From contig CM060731.1 in NCBI GenBank assembly GCA_030704615.1, positions 50,220,001 to 50,284,000 on the forward strand: a DNA stretch of 64,000 nt, read 5' to 3'. The notes beneath the pieces were generated by a model that worked only from the letters and a program-made list of their open reading frames with translations, was not told the origin of the DNA and did no database searches. A program made the translations under genes and the position numbers. Shown here one piece after another: positions 49,353-59,244 of this stretch (the first letter of the stretch is position 1; each line of letters begins with the position of its first letter). The stretch comes from Takakia lepidozioides (taxonomy: Eukaryota; Plantae; Bryophyta).

Positions 49353-50343
49353 TCCGCATTCATCTTAGCTACCTTACCATTGATAATTAAGTATCAGTTT
49401 GCTTCATCAATTTATCGGCTTCCTTCACTCCTCCATTCAATCCACAGCTTCACTCAGATCTCTCTACACAGTGTGATTGTATCGTATAAGTATCAGATTA
49501 TGATTTATCAGGTATCAGGCCGAAGCCATTGTGTCTCTATTCTCCTCTACAATATCCCTACAGCTTTGCATATAACAAACATCTATTAATCCTATTTCCT
49601 CCTTCATCGTGCTCACCGACTTCCGCTCCCGCCTGACTCCGAAGTCCTCCCCGAATAATGATAATAATGATCCCTTCATCATTCCCCGTTCTTCCCTTTA
49701 TCCTCCTATCCGCGGTTCTAACCGTTTCCCTCTCTAACCGTCGTATGTGAACTAACATGTTCCCTTCACTGGTGTTGTTCCCCACAGTCGTTCCCCGTCC
49801 TACTCTTCGTTCCCTATTATCGTGACAGCTGTGTCAAGCGGTGACTGGCTGTGTTTGGCTGTGTCGGGCTGTGACTGGCTGTGTGGGCTGTGTCTGCTGT
49901 GACGACTGTGACGGCTGTGTGGGCTGTGACGACTGTGACGGCTGTGTGGGCTGTGACGACTGTGACGGGCTGTGTTGGCTGTGTGGGCTGTGACGGCTGT
50001 GTGGGCTGTGACGACTGTGTCGGGCTGTGTTGGCTGTGTGGGCTGTGACTGCTGTGTCGGCTGTGTGGGCTGTGACGGCTGTGTGGGCTGTGACGACTGT
50101 GTCGGGCTGTGTTGGCTGTGTGGGCTGTGACTGCTGTGTCGGCTGTGTGGGCTGTGACGACTGTGACGGGCTGTGTTGGCTGTGTGGGCTGTGACTGCTG
50201 TGTCGGCTGTGTGGGCTATGTAACCCCCCTCTACAGTGCGCTGCTGTCACCCCTAAGGTTCCTGTTTGTCTCTGTCTGTGCAAAAATTAAGGGTACCCTA
50301 CAGATACCGTATAAGTGTCTAAGTCCCCTACAGTCCTCTAACA
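49353..50343 (-). mobile_element. LTR of the same subfamily as 41530-42484, cut by the gap and inserted in a transposase ORF
   Basis: Ends CAGTCCTCTAACA, the reverse complement of the LTR start at 41530; expanded GGCTGTGAC array at ~49825-50220. Confidence 0.9.
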
Positions 50344-52223
50344 GTGTCCACCCCTTTCATCTCACAGATTGCAAACGTCATGAGCCTCTTGGAGTGATAG
50401 TCATAAACATGCGCACCCATAGTCACCCACTGATGGTTTGTAATTCGTTTGATGTGATCAAACATCACCCAAGCATTCGACAAGTTTCCAGTTGTCATGC
50501 GAGTGACCAAGTCGACTCCACTCCCAGGCCCACACGTCGACATTTTGAAAATGTAACAACGATCGGATTCGCTGCCTTGCCCTGGAAACCTGCTACCTTG
50601 GATGTAGTCATATCCAGTCATTCGTTTCACCTCCAGGATTGAGTACATGTCCGACCCCCTGCCGAACTCCTGCTTGCAAGATACGATGTGATTCCGCACA
50701 TTCGGACTACAAACGTGCGAGACGGACTCCAAGAGGTCATGCATCTCGTCTTCGGTCAAGGGCTCTCGGTCGGAACCATCTTCAGACATGATTTTGCCAA
50801 GAGCAATCTTGTGGGCTGCCTTCAGCTGAATCTGCTTTGGTCTGGCTCCGGGGCTCAATTTCACCTCCTCTTTTATGATGTCGTGTGCTTCCTGCACAAC
50901 CTCACGCATGTTGCCTCTCGCCAAGGGGTGGCAGTGGACCCCAACGTGTATGCAAGCTCTAGTCAAGTCCGGGAGCAAATGGATTACGTAATATTGCTTG
51001 GCTCTGCACATGGACATGCACGTCGGTGGTTCTTTGCAATGTGCACACTTGAAAGAACCCGCAGGAGCTTGGCTGGAGACAATGAATGGATGATGCGTTG
51101 TGCCAGTCCAATCCGTCTCGTTTCTCCGCCCTCCTTTGGAGAGAAAGTGGAAGCAGGTGGGATTGAGGCACCTCAGCTTCCCCGCACAGAGGACATATCG
51201 TACACGAACACCATCAGCAATTTTCGTGTTATTGGTCTTCGTCACACACCAGGGGTGTCCATCATGCTTTCGATCCATGTCTGTTAACATCCCGGAGGCT
51301 TTCTTTGACGAAGAAACAGGTGGAAACTCGAAGATGACATTGCCATCGACTTCGGGAGGCAGAAAAGTTACCTTTCTGACTGGGAATTTGGCATAGTCGA
51401 GAGCAGCCAGCTCGGAGCGAGAACCATCGAGGTGATGTTGTCGTAGGAGCTGCACAATGGACCGGGTTGGAGTTTTGCTCGAGGGCACATTCGTAGCACC
51501 GACAGAGACATCCATGCCCGATTTGAACGACCGTGTGGAGGACATGGGTACCTCAATGCAATCATCTTCCTCGTCGGAAATGTTGAATATGTCCACACGA
51601 GAAGCTATGGAGGGTCTTGACGGTCCAGGTCGGGAATGATTATCGTTGCATACCTCTCTGTTGGCAGTGGCCGCCTGTCGGTTTCCGGACTCCTTTGTGG
51701 ATGGTGTGGGCAGCGACTGATTCGGAAAGGGAATGGGCATTCCCACAGCTCGGTACAGGATGGTGTCTGACGGGGGAACGTGCCATTCGATTCCGCAACC
51801 TCCGTCGTTACCTAGCACGACAATGGTCTCGTCAACCTGTCCAGGAACATCCTTCCTTTCTTCTTCCAAATAAACTGTGCCCGGTTTGAGCTTGAATTTG
51901 GAACAAAGGTAAGTTTCAGTCACTCTGCAAAGTCCTCCCTCGTTTGGGATCCAGGCTCTCCCAAGTTGCGGAGGACAGCAAACTATAGCGTAGGAATTCG
52001 GAGCCATCGAACACCGCACGGAGTTGGGAAGTGCGAGGTTCAGTATAGCGACAGACCAAGGCTCACAGGCACCATCTAAGTGGATCTGCGGAGTCCATCG
52101 ACGATTGGAAGTCGCACATTGAAGTGGAAAGTATTGTTTCAAGCTACATGCATGAAGTTGGGAGGTTTGATTCCATAGCCAGTAAGTATGACAATGATGG
52201 CCGATTCGGCGACGAAATAACAT
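50344..52223 (-). CDS. Mutator-like (MULE) transposase with a GCM/WRKY-type Zn DNA-binding domain, interrupted by an LTR
   Basis: GCM-like pattern DGHPW...YVLCAGKLRCLNPTC...CAHCKEPPTCMSMCRA...IHVGVHCHP, followed by the start of the MULE core WVMFDHIKRI...WVTMGAHVYD...RLMTFAICEMKG. Confidence 0.72.
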
Positions 52224-52434
52224 CTCCTGACAGTTTCTCCTGAGGGTGGATCCAGCAGTATTCTCGGTGCAGACAGGAACGTTCGCACTGACAAGTGCCA
52301 GTACTGTTAGTTAAAACGGTCAGACAACCAAGTTGTGCTCATCAAGACTGGCCGCAATTGTGTTGTTTCGGAACAATGCAACCCATTCAAGTTCCAGATT
52401 TCCCGTCCCGAGTGATTCTTTCGATTGCTGGTGG

Positions 52435-54130
52435 ACGGAAATACGGCGCCGCATTTCCGTATTGCATCTTGGTCATGCACCAAAGCGACGGAAATGCGGC
52501 ACCGAGTTTCCGTCCGGGGGAAACCTTTATACTCTCCAGAACGGAAATGCGGTAACGCATTTCCATCCAGCAAGCACGATATGTGAAGGTGGAACGGAAA
52601 TGCGGTACCGCATTTCCGTTCTGATTGAGAATTATGAACAACGGGAACAGAAATGCGGCACCGCATTTCCGTCCGAGTCGCACTTTTCCGACATTCCAGA
52701 ACGGAAATGCGGCGCCGCATTTCCATTTTGTATCTGATGCATGGAGCTGAGGGATAGAAATGTTGCAGCACATTTCCGTCCTTAAAAGACATTCATACTC
52801 TCCATAACGGAAATGCGGTACCGCATTTCCGTTCTGATTGAGAATTATGAACAACGGGAACATAAATGTGGCACCGCATTTCTGTCCGAGTCGCACTTTC
52901 CGACATTCCAGAACGGAAATGCGGCGCCGCATTTCCATTTTGTATCTGATGCATGGAGCCGACTGCGATTCCGACAGCTTCATACAGCGCAATTCCGACC
53001 GCTTGAGACATTCATACTATCCAGAACGGAAATGCGGTACCGCATTTCCGTTCTGACTGAAAATCGTGAACCATCTGAACTAAAATGCGGCAGCGTATTT
53101 CCATCCGAGTCGCACCTACCAACATTCCAGAATGGAAATGCGGTACCGCATTTTCGTTCTGACCGAAAATCGTGAACCATCGGAACTGAAATGCGGCAAC
53201 GCATTTCCATCCGAGTCGCACCTCCCAACATTCCAGAATGGAATGTATTAGATTCAAAAGGGAAATGCGGCACCACATTTCCGTTCTGATGAAATATCCT
53301 GAAACATCGGAACTGAAATGCGGTACCGCATTTCCGTCGGAGTCGCACCTTCCGACATTCCAAAATGGAAATGCGGCGCCGCATTTCCGTTTTGTATGTG
53401 AGGCATGGAGCTGTGGAACGAAAATACGGCACAGCATTTCCGCCATCGTCAGACGTTAATACTCTACAGAACGGAAATGCGGTACCGCATTTCCGTTCTG
53501 ACTGAAAATCGTGCGCAACGGGAACAGAAATGCGGCACCGCATTTCCGTCCGAGTCGCACCTTCCGACATTCTAGAACGGAAATGCGGCGCCGCATTTCC
53601 GTTTTCTATATGGGGCCTGGAGCTGTGCTACGGAAATGTGTTGCCGCATTTCCATCCATGTGAGACCTTCAAACTTTCGAGACCGGAAATGCGGCACCGC
53701 ATTTCTGTCCAGGTGAGACCTCTATACTTTCCCGAACGGAAATGTGGCACGGCATTTCCATTCATCAACTAACGTATGTGAAGGGGGAACGGAAATGCGG
53801 TACCGCACTTCCGTTCACATTGAAAATCATGAACCACGGGAACTGAAATGTTGAGCCTCATTCCCGTCTGAATCGCACCTTTCGACATTCCAGAACGGAA
53901 ATGCGGCGCCGCATTTCCCTTTTGAATCTAATACATGGAGCTGTGGGACGGAAATGCGGCACCGTATTTCCGTTCAACAACTAAGGTATGTGAAGGTGGA
54001 ACGGAAATGGGGTGCCGCATTTTCTTCCAACAAGTACGGATGTGTAGCTTCGTCATGGTACTTAACGGAAATGCGGCGCCGCATTCGCATTTTCGCTCCA
54101 ACTCATCAGACGCTGGGACGGAAATGCCTT
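52435..54130. repeat. Array of ~30 26-bp palindromes ACGGAAATGCGG-NN-CCGCATTTCCGT at a 53-bp period
   Basis: Copies start at 52435, 52488, 52541, 52594, 52647 ... and 53471, 53524, 53577 ... 54001. The 27-bp spacers vary and recur in a ~4-unit higher-order pattern. Confidence 0.95.
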
Positions 54131-54994
54131 GAAATGTGAACACGTGGAGCAACGGAATTGCTGCACATGTCGGCACTCTATCTGACTGAGAGGGCATGAG
54201 GCGGCGCGGCCTGATCGTTGGATAATGATGTTTGTTTTTCGGACGGCAGGCGTACCCTGAACGATTTGAATTTCGTAATGACGCAAACTCCACGAGGAGA
54301 CACTTTCGTCCAACCCTTTCGAACCCAAGTGGTGCATCACCGCCGTTTCATCTACTTTTGTCGTGTCTCCTCAGTCACCCCTCTCGCGCCCTTTCCATCT
54401 GCACTCTTTGCCTCTTTTCCCTTTCTCTGTTCTTCTTATGCTCGAACCTGAGAGGGGGGGAGTTCGTGCACCAGACAGGAGACCTCGTCGCAAGCTCCGA
54501 AAATTATACTTCGGACGTAGGCCAATGCCGAAGGGGAGGAAGCAGATGCGTCTACAGGAGGAGATTGCCATCTCCAAGCAGCATGCCACTCAGGCAACCC
54601 AGCCACCAGTGAGAGCTCCATGCGATCGGGCTGCGCGCAGCTGATCGAGCACCGAACCCCCCATTTTGCTTCTGTAATTCTTAGACTGAATGCTAGGAGA
54701 CTTGAATGCAGAACATGTTTGCATGCCTAACAGGAAAGGTGGACGTGCTGGAGGGATCGCAGGAATCCGAAGAGCCGCAGGAAGAGTCCGAGGAGCTAGC
54801 TGCAGCACGTACACCCACCCGATCCCCGAGCGCGGGTATTCCTGCCGGGCCTAGCCCTGTGCGATTCAAAGACGCGTCTTCGAAGGGCAAGTTCAAAGCC
54901 CCAGAGATCGACTCGCGTTCTTCGGTCATGGAGAATCGCCAGCAGGGGTCGGGCCCTTCTCCAGCAAAGTCGAAGAAGAAGCAGCCCTGTAGTG

Positions 54995-57205
54995 TGAAAA
55001 GAAGGGGCGTGAATCCCCTTCTGTGCAAGTGTAGTTGTGCTCCCCCCCAAGTCAATTGGAGGGAAGGAAAGGAGCTGTCCTCTCAGGTGATCCAACCCTC
55101 GTCACTCGGTGTGGGTTTCCCTCAGGTCCTTCATGATCAGAGTTCACACAATCCTCATCCACGCCGCAGCGGAAGAGAAGACATGGATGGGGAGTCTGTA
55201 TTGTTTTCACCCGTGGTTCTACTTCTACACAACATCCTCTCCCTGGTACACTGCACCAGCCCTGTTACCATGCTGTCTTCAGTGATGCAACCAGCCCTAC
55301 GTCAGTGATGACCACTGCCCTTGTGGGCAGCTCCCTTGGTCAGCAACAAGTGGAATCCCCTTTGTAATAAGATCACGATTTGGAAGGAGGCAACTCAGAT
55401 CTGCCATGAGTTGCAGGCCCACCAGTTTGGCCCTTCATGGGTTCATGCTTTCTTTATCTTACCGCCCCAATCATCCATTCCTCTCCATCCCCTCTTGCTG
55501 GTCAGCTCTCTCCCTTATGTCCTTTTCTCTCTCCCTTTCTCTTTCCTTCAGGGTGAGTAGGTTCCTCACTCTTTCCACTGTAGCATGTCTATGATGCAAT
55601 GCAATGCGCATTCAGCCAAGCATCCAGTGCACCCAGCATTGAAATCAACCTTGGTCACACAAGATATAATCAGCCCTTTTATCAGTCCCTCTCTTGCCAA
55701 TGACAGATGCCTTCACACTCTACTTTTCCCAGGTGTAGCCATTTGCCCAAGACAGCTCTCAACCCTTCTACAGGTCTCAATTTACACACCCTGACAGCTC
55801 TCTTTTTCCCATCAACTGTGAACCTCAGTGGTTCACATGCTGAGAGCACCCTGAGAATCAGATCCAAACCCAAACAGATGTTGGTTTTTCTGCCCCATCC
55901 ACATCATCCCTTCTTGTTGTTTCCAAACAGTTCAATCTGACTCTCACTGGTTTCCTCTACCTACTAAGCTAGTTCCACATTGACTGCAATGTGTCAACAT
56001 CCCAGGCTAGATTGTTTGTACAAGCTCATGACGCTGAAACAAGAAACAAGAATACAACAACAGCAACCATTCTGTCCCAGCAACGAATCAACCCTATTTC
56101 CATTCATTTTTCCTACTCTACAATGTAACAGCAGGTGCATCCATCTCCAGTCCATCCTGGTTTGAAGTCCAGTGTCTTCATTCCATTTCCAAAGCTCTTT
56201 TTCTTCCTCACATGTCAGTGTCTCTTACTACATACAAGAGACAGTCCAAACTTCACAAAGCGATTTCTAAGTCACCCCAAAAAGAGAGAAAACCACTCTT
56301 CAAACTTATCTGTCTTATACTCATTGAAGCGGTGGGTCTGCCTGTCACGAAAGCACCTTGTCCTCTCCCTCGTCAGCCATTTCCGACGTCTCTTCTTATC
56401 GTGATTCCAATCCTCATCAAGGCATGACGGCTCTGCTTCAGCTGCTGGCACATCCTTGTGTCTGCCAACCTCTACCCTATCCTTCTACATGTGCATTTCT
56501 TCCCTATGAAGTGATCTGGTCCTACAGCCTTTAAGACAGAGAGCAGATACAAAACTTAATTATAGATAGCTTAAGCGCCATACACACCAGAAGGCGGCAC
56601 CGCTTCCTCTTGCACAGAATGCCAAGCCAGATCCCTTAACGTCGCTCTTTAAGGCAAGTTGATTCCCTTACAAAGTGATCTGGTCCTAAAGCTCAAAAAC
56701 AGACAGCAGCTACAAGATTTGATCACAGACAACCTGAGGCGCTATACACACCAGCCTGCATTTCTCATCCCCCAACACCTGCTGAGCCGCTCCATCTCCT
56801 CATTAATGTGCTCATCAAGACAATGGCGACAGCAGTGGTGCACCGCCCTTATCACAAACCTGATCCCTCTGGTTTGATCATTGCTTACGAAGAAGGCGGC
56901 ACCGCTTCTTCTTGCACAGAAAGCCAAGCAGGAGCTCTTAACATTTCTCTTAAAAGCAAGCTGATACCCTTTGCGTAGGTGGAACTTTCTCAGATATCCT
57001 GTGCTGCCAACACCACTGCAGCAGCTGCGAAAAGATACACGCACTCTTCCCCTTCGAATTTCACATCCTGCTTCTAGGGTTCAACATCATGGATGAAAAT
57101 CATTCATCCTAGGGATGAAAAGGCGCATGTCATTACTTAGCCATATTTTGTTCTTGGCAGATCAATAGCATAGTCTTTCCATGGAATTACCTCAAGTTAT
57201 GGACA
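54995..57205 (-). repeat. 3' LTR of element 5
   Basis: The first ~95 bp match 63906-64000. The right boundary is inferred from a CA next to the PPT GAAGGGGAGGAAT. Confidence 0.75.
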
Positions 57206-57330
57206 ATTCCTCCCCTTCATTAGCACGAAGGGCACTCCCTTTGTAGTAGTGCCGAAACCTGATGCCAAACAAAAACTTGAATTTTTACCCCCTGCACTCA
57301 CACTACATATGTAGTGTGTGCCTCCTTTTT

Positions 57331-59244
57331 TTAAGTGTCAGGGTCCTCACTGACCACCTTTAACGGCTGAACACCTATTGGTGGTATGAAGGGTTTTAAA
57401 TCCCTCCTACTTCTTACCCATTCCTTGTCTGCTCCATCTCTCAACCTGCATCTTCGTGCAGCTTCTCCAGTCTTGGTTGTGCTTCCTGCATCCTTGTATC
57501 CCAAAAAGTCATAGGGTCCCTCCCATGGAGATGTCATGGAAGACCTCTTTCCAGGCCTCAACATCATTACCTTGCTGTTCTCCATCAACGTGCAGTAGGT
57601 ATGCCCTGTTTGATGCCTTCTTTCATAATCTTTTGCCTGTTGACGCTGCCCTTTCTTCACACTCTTTCGTAGCTTTGCCTTCATCTCTGTGAGAAGCTGG
57701 ATTTTCTGCTGCATCATAAGTGTGACCTCTGCTACAGATCCATCAGAATTTACTGGTGTTGTAAGAAAATGTAACCTGTTGTCAATTCCCAGCCTGGGAA
57801 TCCTACCAGTAAGTACCTGAAAAGGTGAGAATCCAGTGGAAGCATGGACACCCATTCTGTAACCAAACAGGGCCTTATAGAGATTCTGATCCCACTCAGT
57901 GTCGTTTCCAACTCCTAGGGTGGTGATGCTCTGTTTGAGAGACTTAATGACCCTTTCCACCATACCGTTACACTGAGGCCAGTAGGGGGCGCTATGCTCC
58001 CTCTTTATACCGTATTCGTGGCATGTATCTTCAAACTCACCTCCCCACTCTGTGCCATTGTCAGTGAGCAACGTATGTGGGCAGCTATACCTGTCAATTA
58101 CTTCTTCCTCAAGAAAGCGGGCAGCAAGGGCTGCTGTATGGTCTGCCACTGGTGCAGCTTCTATCCATTTTGAGAAGTGATCGATTGCCACCAGAAAGTA
58201 CTGATTGCCCCTGCTGGTTATAGGTAATGGTCCTGCCGTGTCAATTGCAACTCTGAAAAACAGATCCACTACTGGAATGCTGTGAAGTTTTGAGCTACCT
58301 GAGCGCAACACTCCGTTCTGTTTGGCCATCTGACATTTACCACAGCCCTTGAGTACTTGCCTGATGAGTTTTGTTCTATCATGCCAGAAATAACGTCGGC
58401 ATATCTCTTCTTGTGTTCTTCTGACTCCAAAGTGGCCAGTGGCTTCATGTACTTCAGTGATTATTGCCGCTCTGTCAGTTCTTGGTGGAACTACCCTTCC
58501 ATCAAAGTAGACCTCACCTTTGAGATAGGAGTACTGCCTTGCCCGCCTCTTGGCTCTCTTGCTCTCCTCTTTTGTCAGGTAGTCATTGACTTCTCCAAAA
58601 CATAAGAGGTGCATGACTTCCACATCATCAAGCACATCAGGTTGCCTTTCCTCCTTAACAGCTGCTGTATGATGGTCAGAGCTGATGAGAGAGCTTTTCC
58701 CCCATCTTTCAGCCTCACGTAATAATGACATCTGAGTAGCTTTGGTGGGTGCGGTCCATGGTACCCAGTCCCCTTCATCAATCTTGTTGCAAGAAGAAGT
58801 GTCTTGTTCTGAACCACTTGTTCCATCACTGTCTGAAGAACAAAACGTCTTGGTGGAACACTCACCCCCCATGTTTTCCTTGGCTGGGCATTCTGATGAG
58901 GAAGTCACCCGCGTTCTTCTTGTTGTTGGAGTGCTTGTCAAGTGTTGAAGGAATGGTGTCTCTTGCAAGCTTCCCTTTTCATTGTTCGATCTCTCTTCCA
59001 CAAGTTCACAGGCTGGATGTACCTCGCTTAGCTTCTTATCACGAGCACGAGATCCTCGGGTAATCACATGGATGGTGGGACAAGAGGGCATCAGATGCTC
59101 CCTTTCCTTGTTGCTGATTGCAGTAGCCTCTATCCTTCCTGCACCCTTATCCTTCCAAATACCCTCCCTCACCAGATTGACAGAGCTTGATTGATCAATA
59201 CCCTTTCCTTGTTTTTTTTTTTTTAGCAAAAATCTGTGCAGCAA
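57331..59244 (-). CDS. Integrase with a long N-terminal linker
   Basis: HEATGHFG...CGKC, IDTAG, TDNG, ERVIKSLK, GPY motifs; separated from pol by a frameshift at a T13 run (59212-59224). Confidence 0.92.
   Translation of the reverse strand: MLHRFLLKKKKQGKGIDQSSSVNLVREGIWKDKGAGRIEATAISNKEREHLMPSCPTIHVITRGSRARDKKLSEVHPACELVEERSNNEKGSLQETPFLQHLTSTPTTRRTRVTSSSECPAKENMGGECSTKTFCSSDSDGTSGSEQDTSSCNKIDEGDWVPWTAPTKATQMSLLREAERWGKSSLISSDHHTAAVKEERQPDVLDDVEVMHLLCFGEVNDYLTKEESKRAKRRARQYSYLKGEVYFDGRVVPPRTDRAAIITEVHEATGHFGVRRTQEEICRRYFWHDRTKLIRQVLKGCGKCQMAKQNGVLRSGSSKLHSIPVVDLFFRVAIDTAGPLPITSRGNQYFLVAIDHFSKWIEAAPVADHTAALAARFLEEEVIDRYSCPHTLLTDNGTEWGGEFEDTCHEYGIKREHSAPYWPQCNGMVERVIKSLKQSITTLGVGNDTEWDQNLYKALFGYRMGVHASTGFSPFQVLTGRIPRLGIDNRLHFLTTPVNSDGSVAEVTLMMQQKIQLLTEMKAKLRKSVKKGQRQQAKDYERRHQTGHTYCTLMENSKVMMLRPGKRSSMTSPWEGPYDFLGYKDAGSTTKTGEAARRCRLRDGADKEWVRSRRDLKPFIPPIGVQPLKVVSEDPDT

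Noticed and set aside
48619-49368. ORFs of 175-249 aa spanning the gap
   Set aside because: They consist mostly of X residues from the N run.
49834-50283. His/Ser/Gln/Pro-repeat proteins here and at 41590-41883
   Set aside because: Translations of the LTR 9-bp microsatellite.
41530-50343. The inverted LTR pair as the ends of one element (DIRS-like or TIR)
   Set aside because: The flanks (GGATG vs GTGTC) are not a TSD, each copy interrupts a different ORF, and a gap lies between them. Two independent insertions are more parsimonious.
52435-54130. CRISPR array (palindromic repeat with fixed-length spacers)
   Set aside because: Spacers recur in a higher-order pattern (for example TCTGATTGAGAATTATGAACAACGGGA twice and several CCGAGTCGCAC...ATTCCAGA), the repeats are degenerate, no cas genes are present and the context is eukaryotic.
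52295-54340. Many overlapping ORFs on both strands (KCGTAFP / TEMRRRIS repeats)
   Set aside because: By-products of the palindromic array; no evidence of coding.
59205-59230. Programmed ribosomal frameshift between pol and integrase
   Set aside because: The shift falls in a 13-nt homopolymer, so a sequencing or slippage indel is more likely; this cannot be resolved from one copy.
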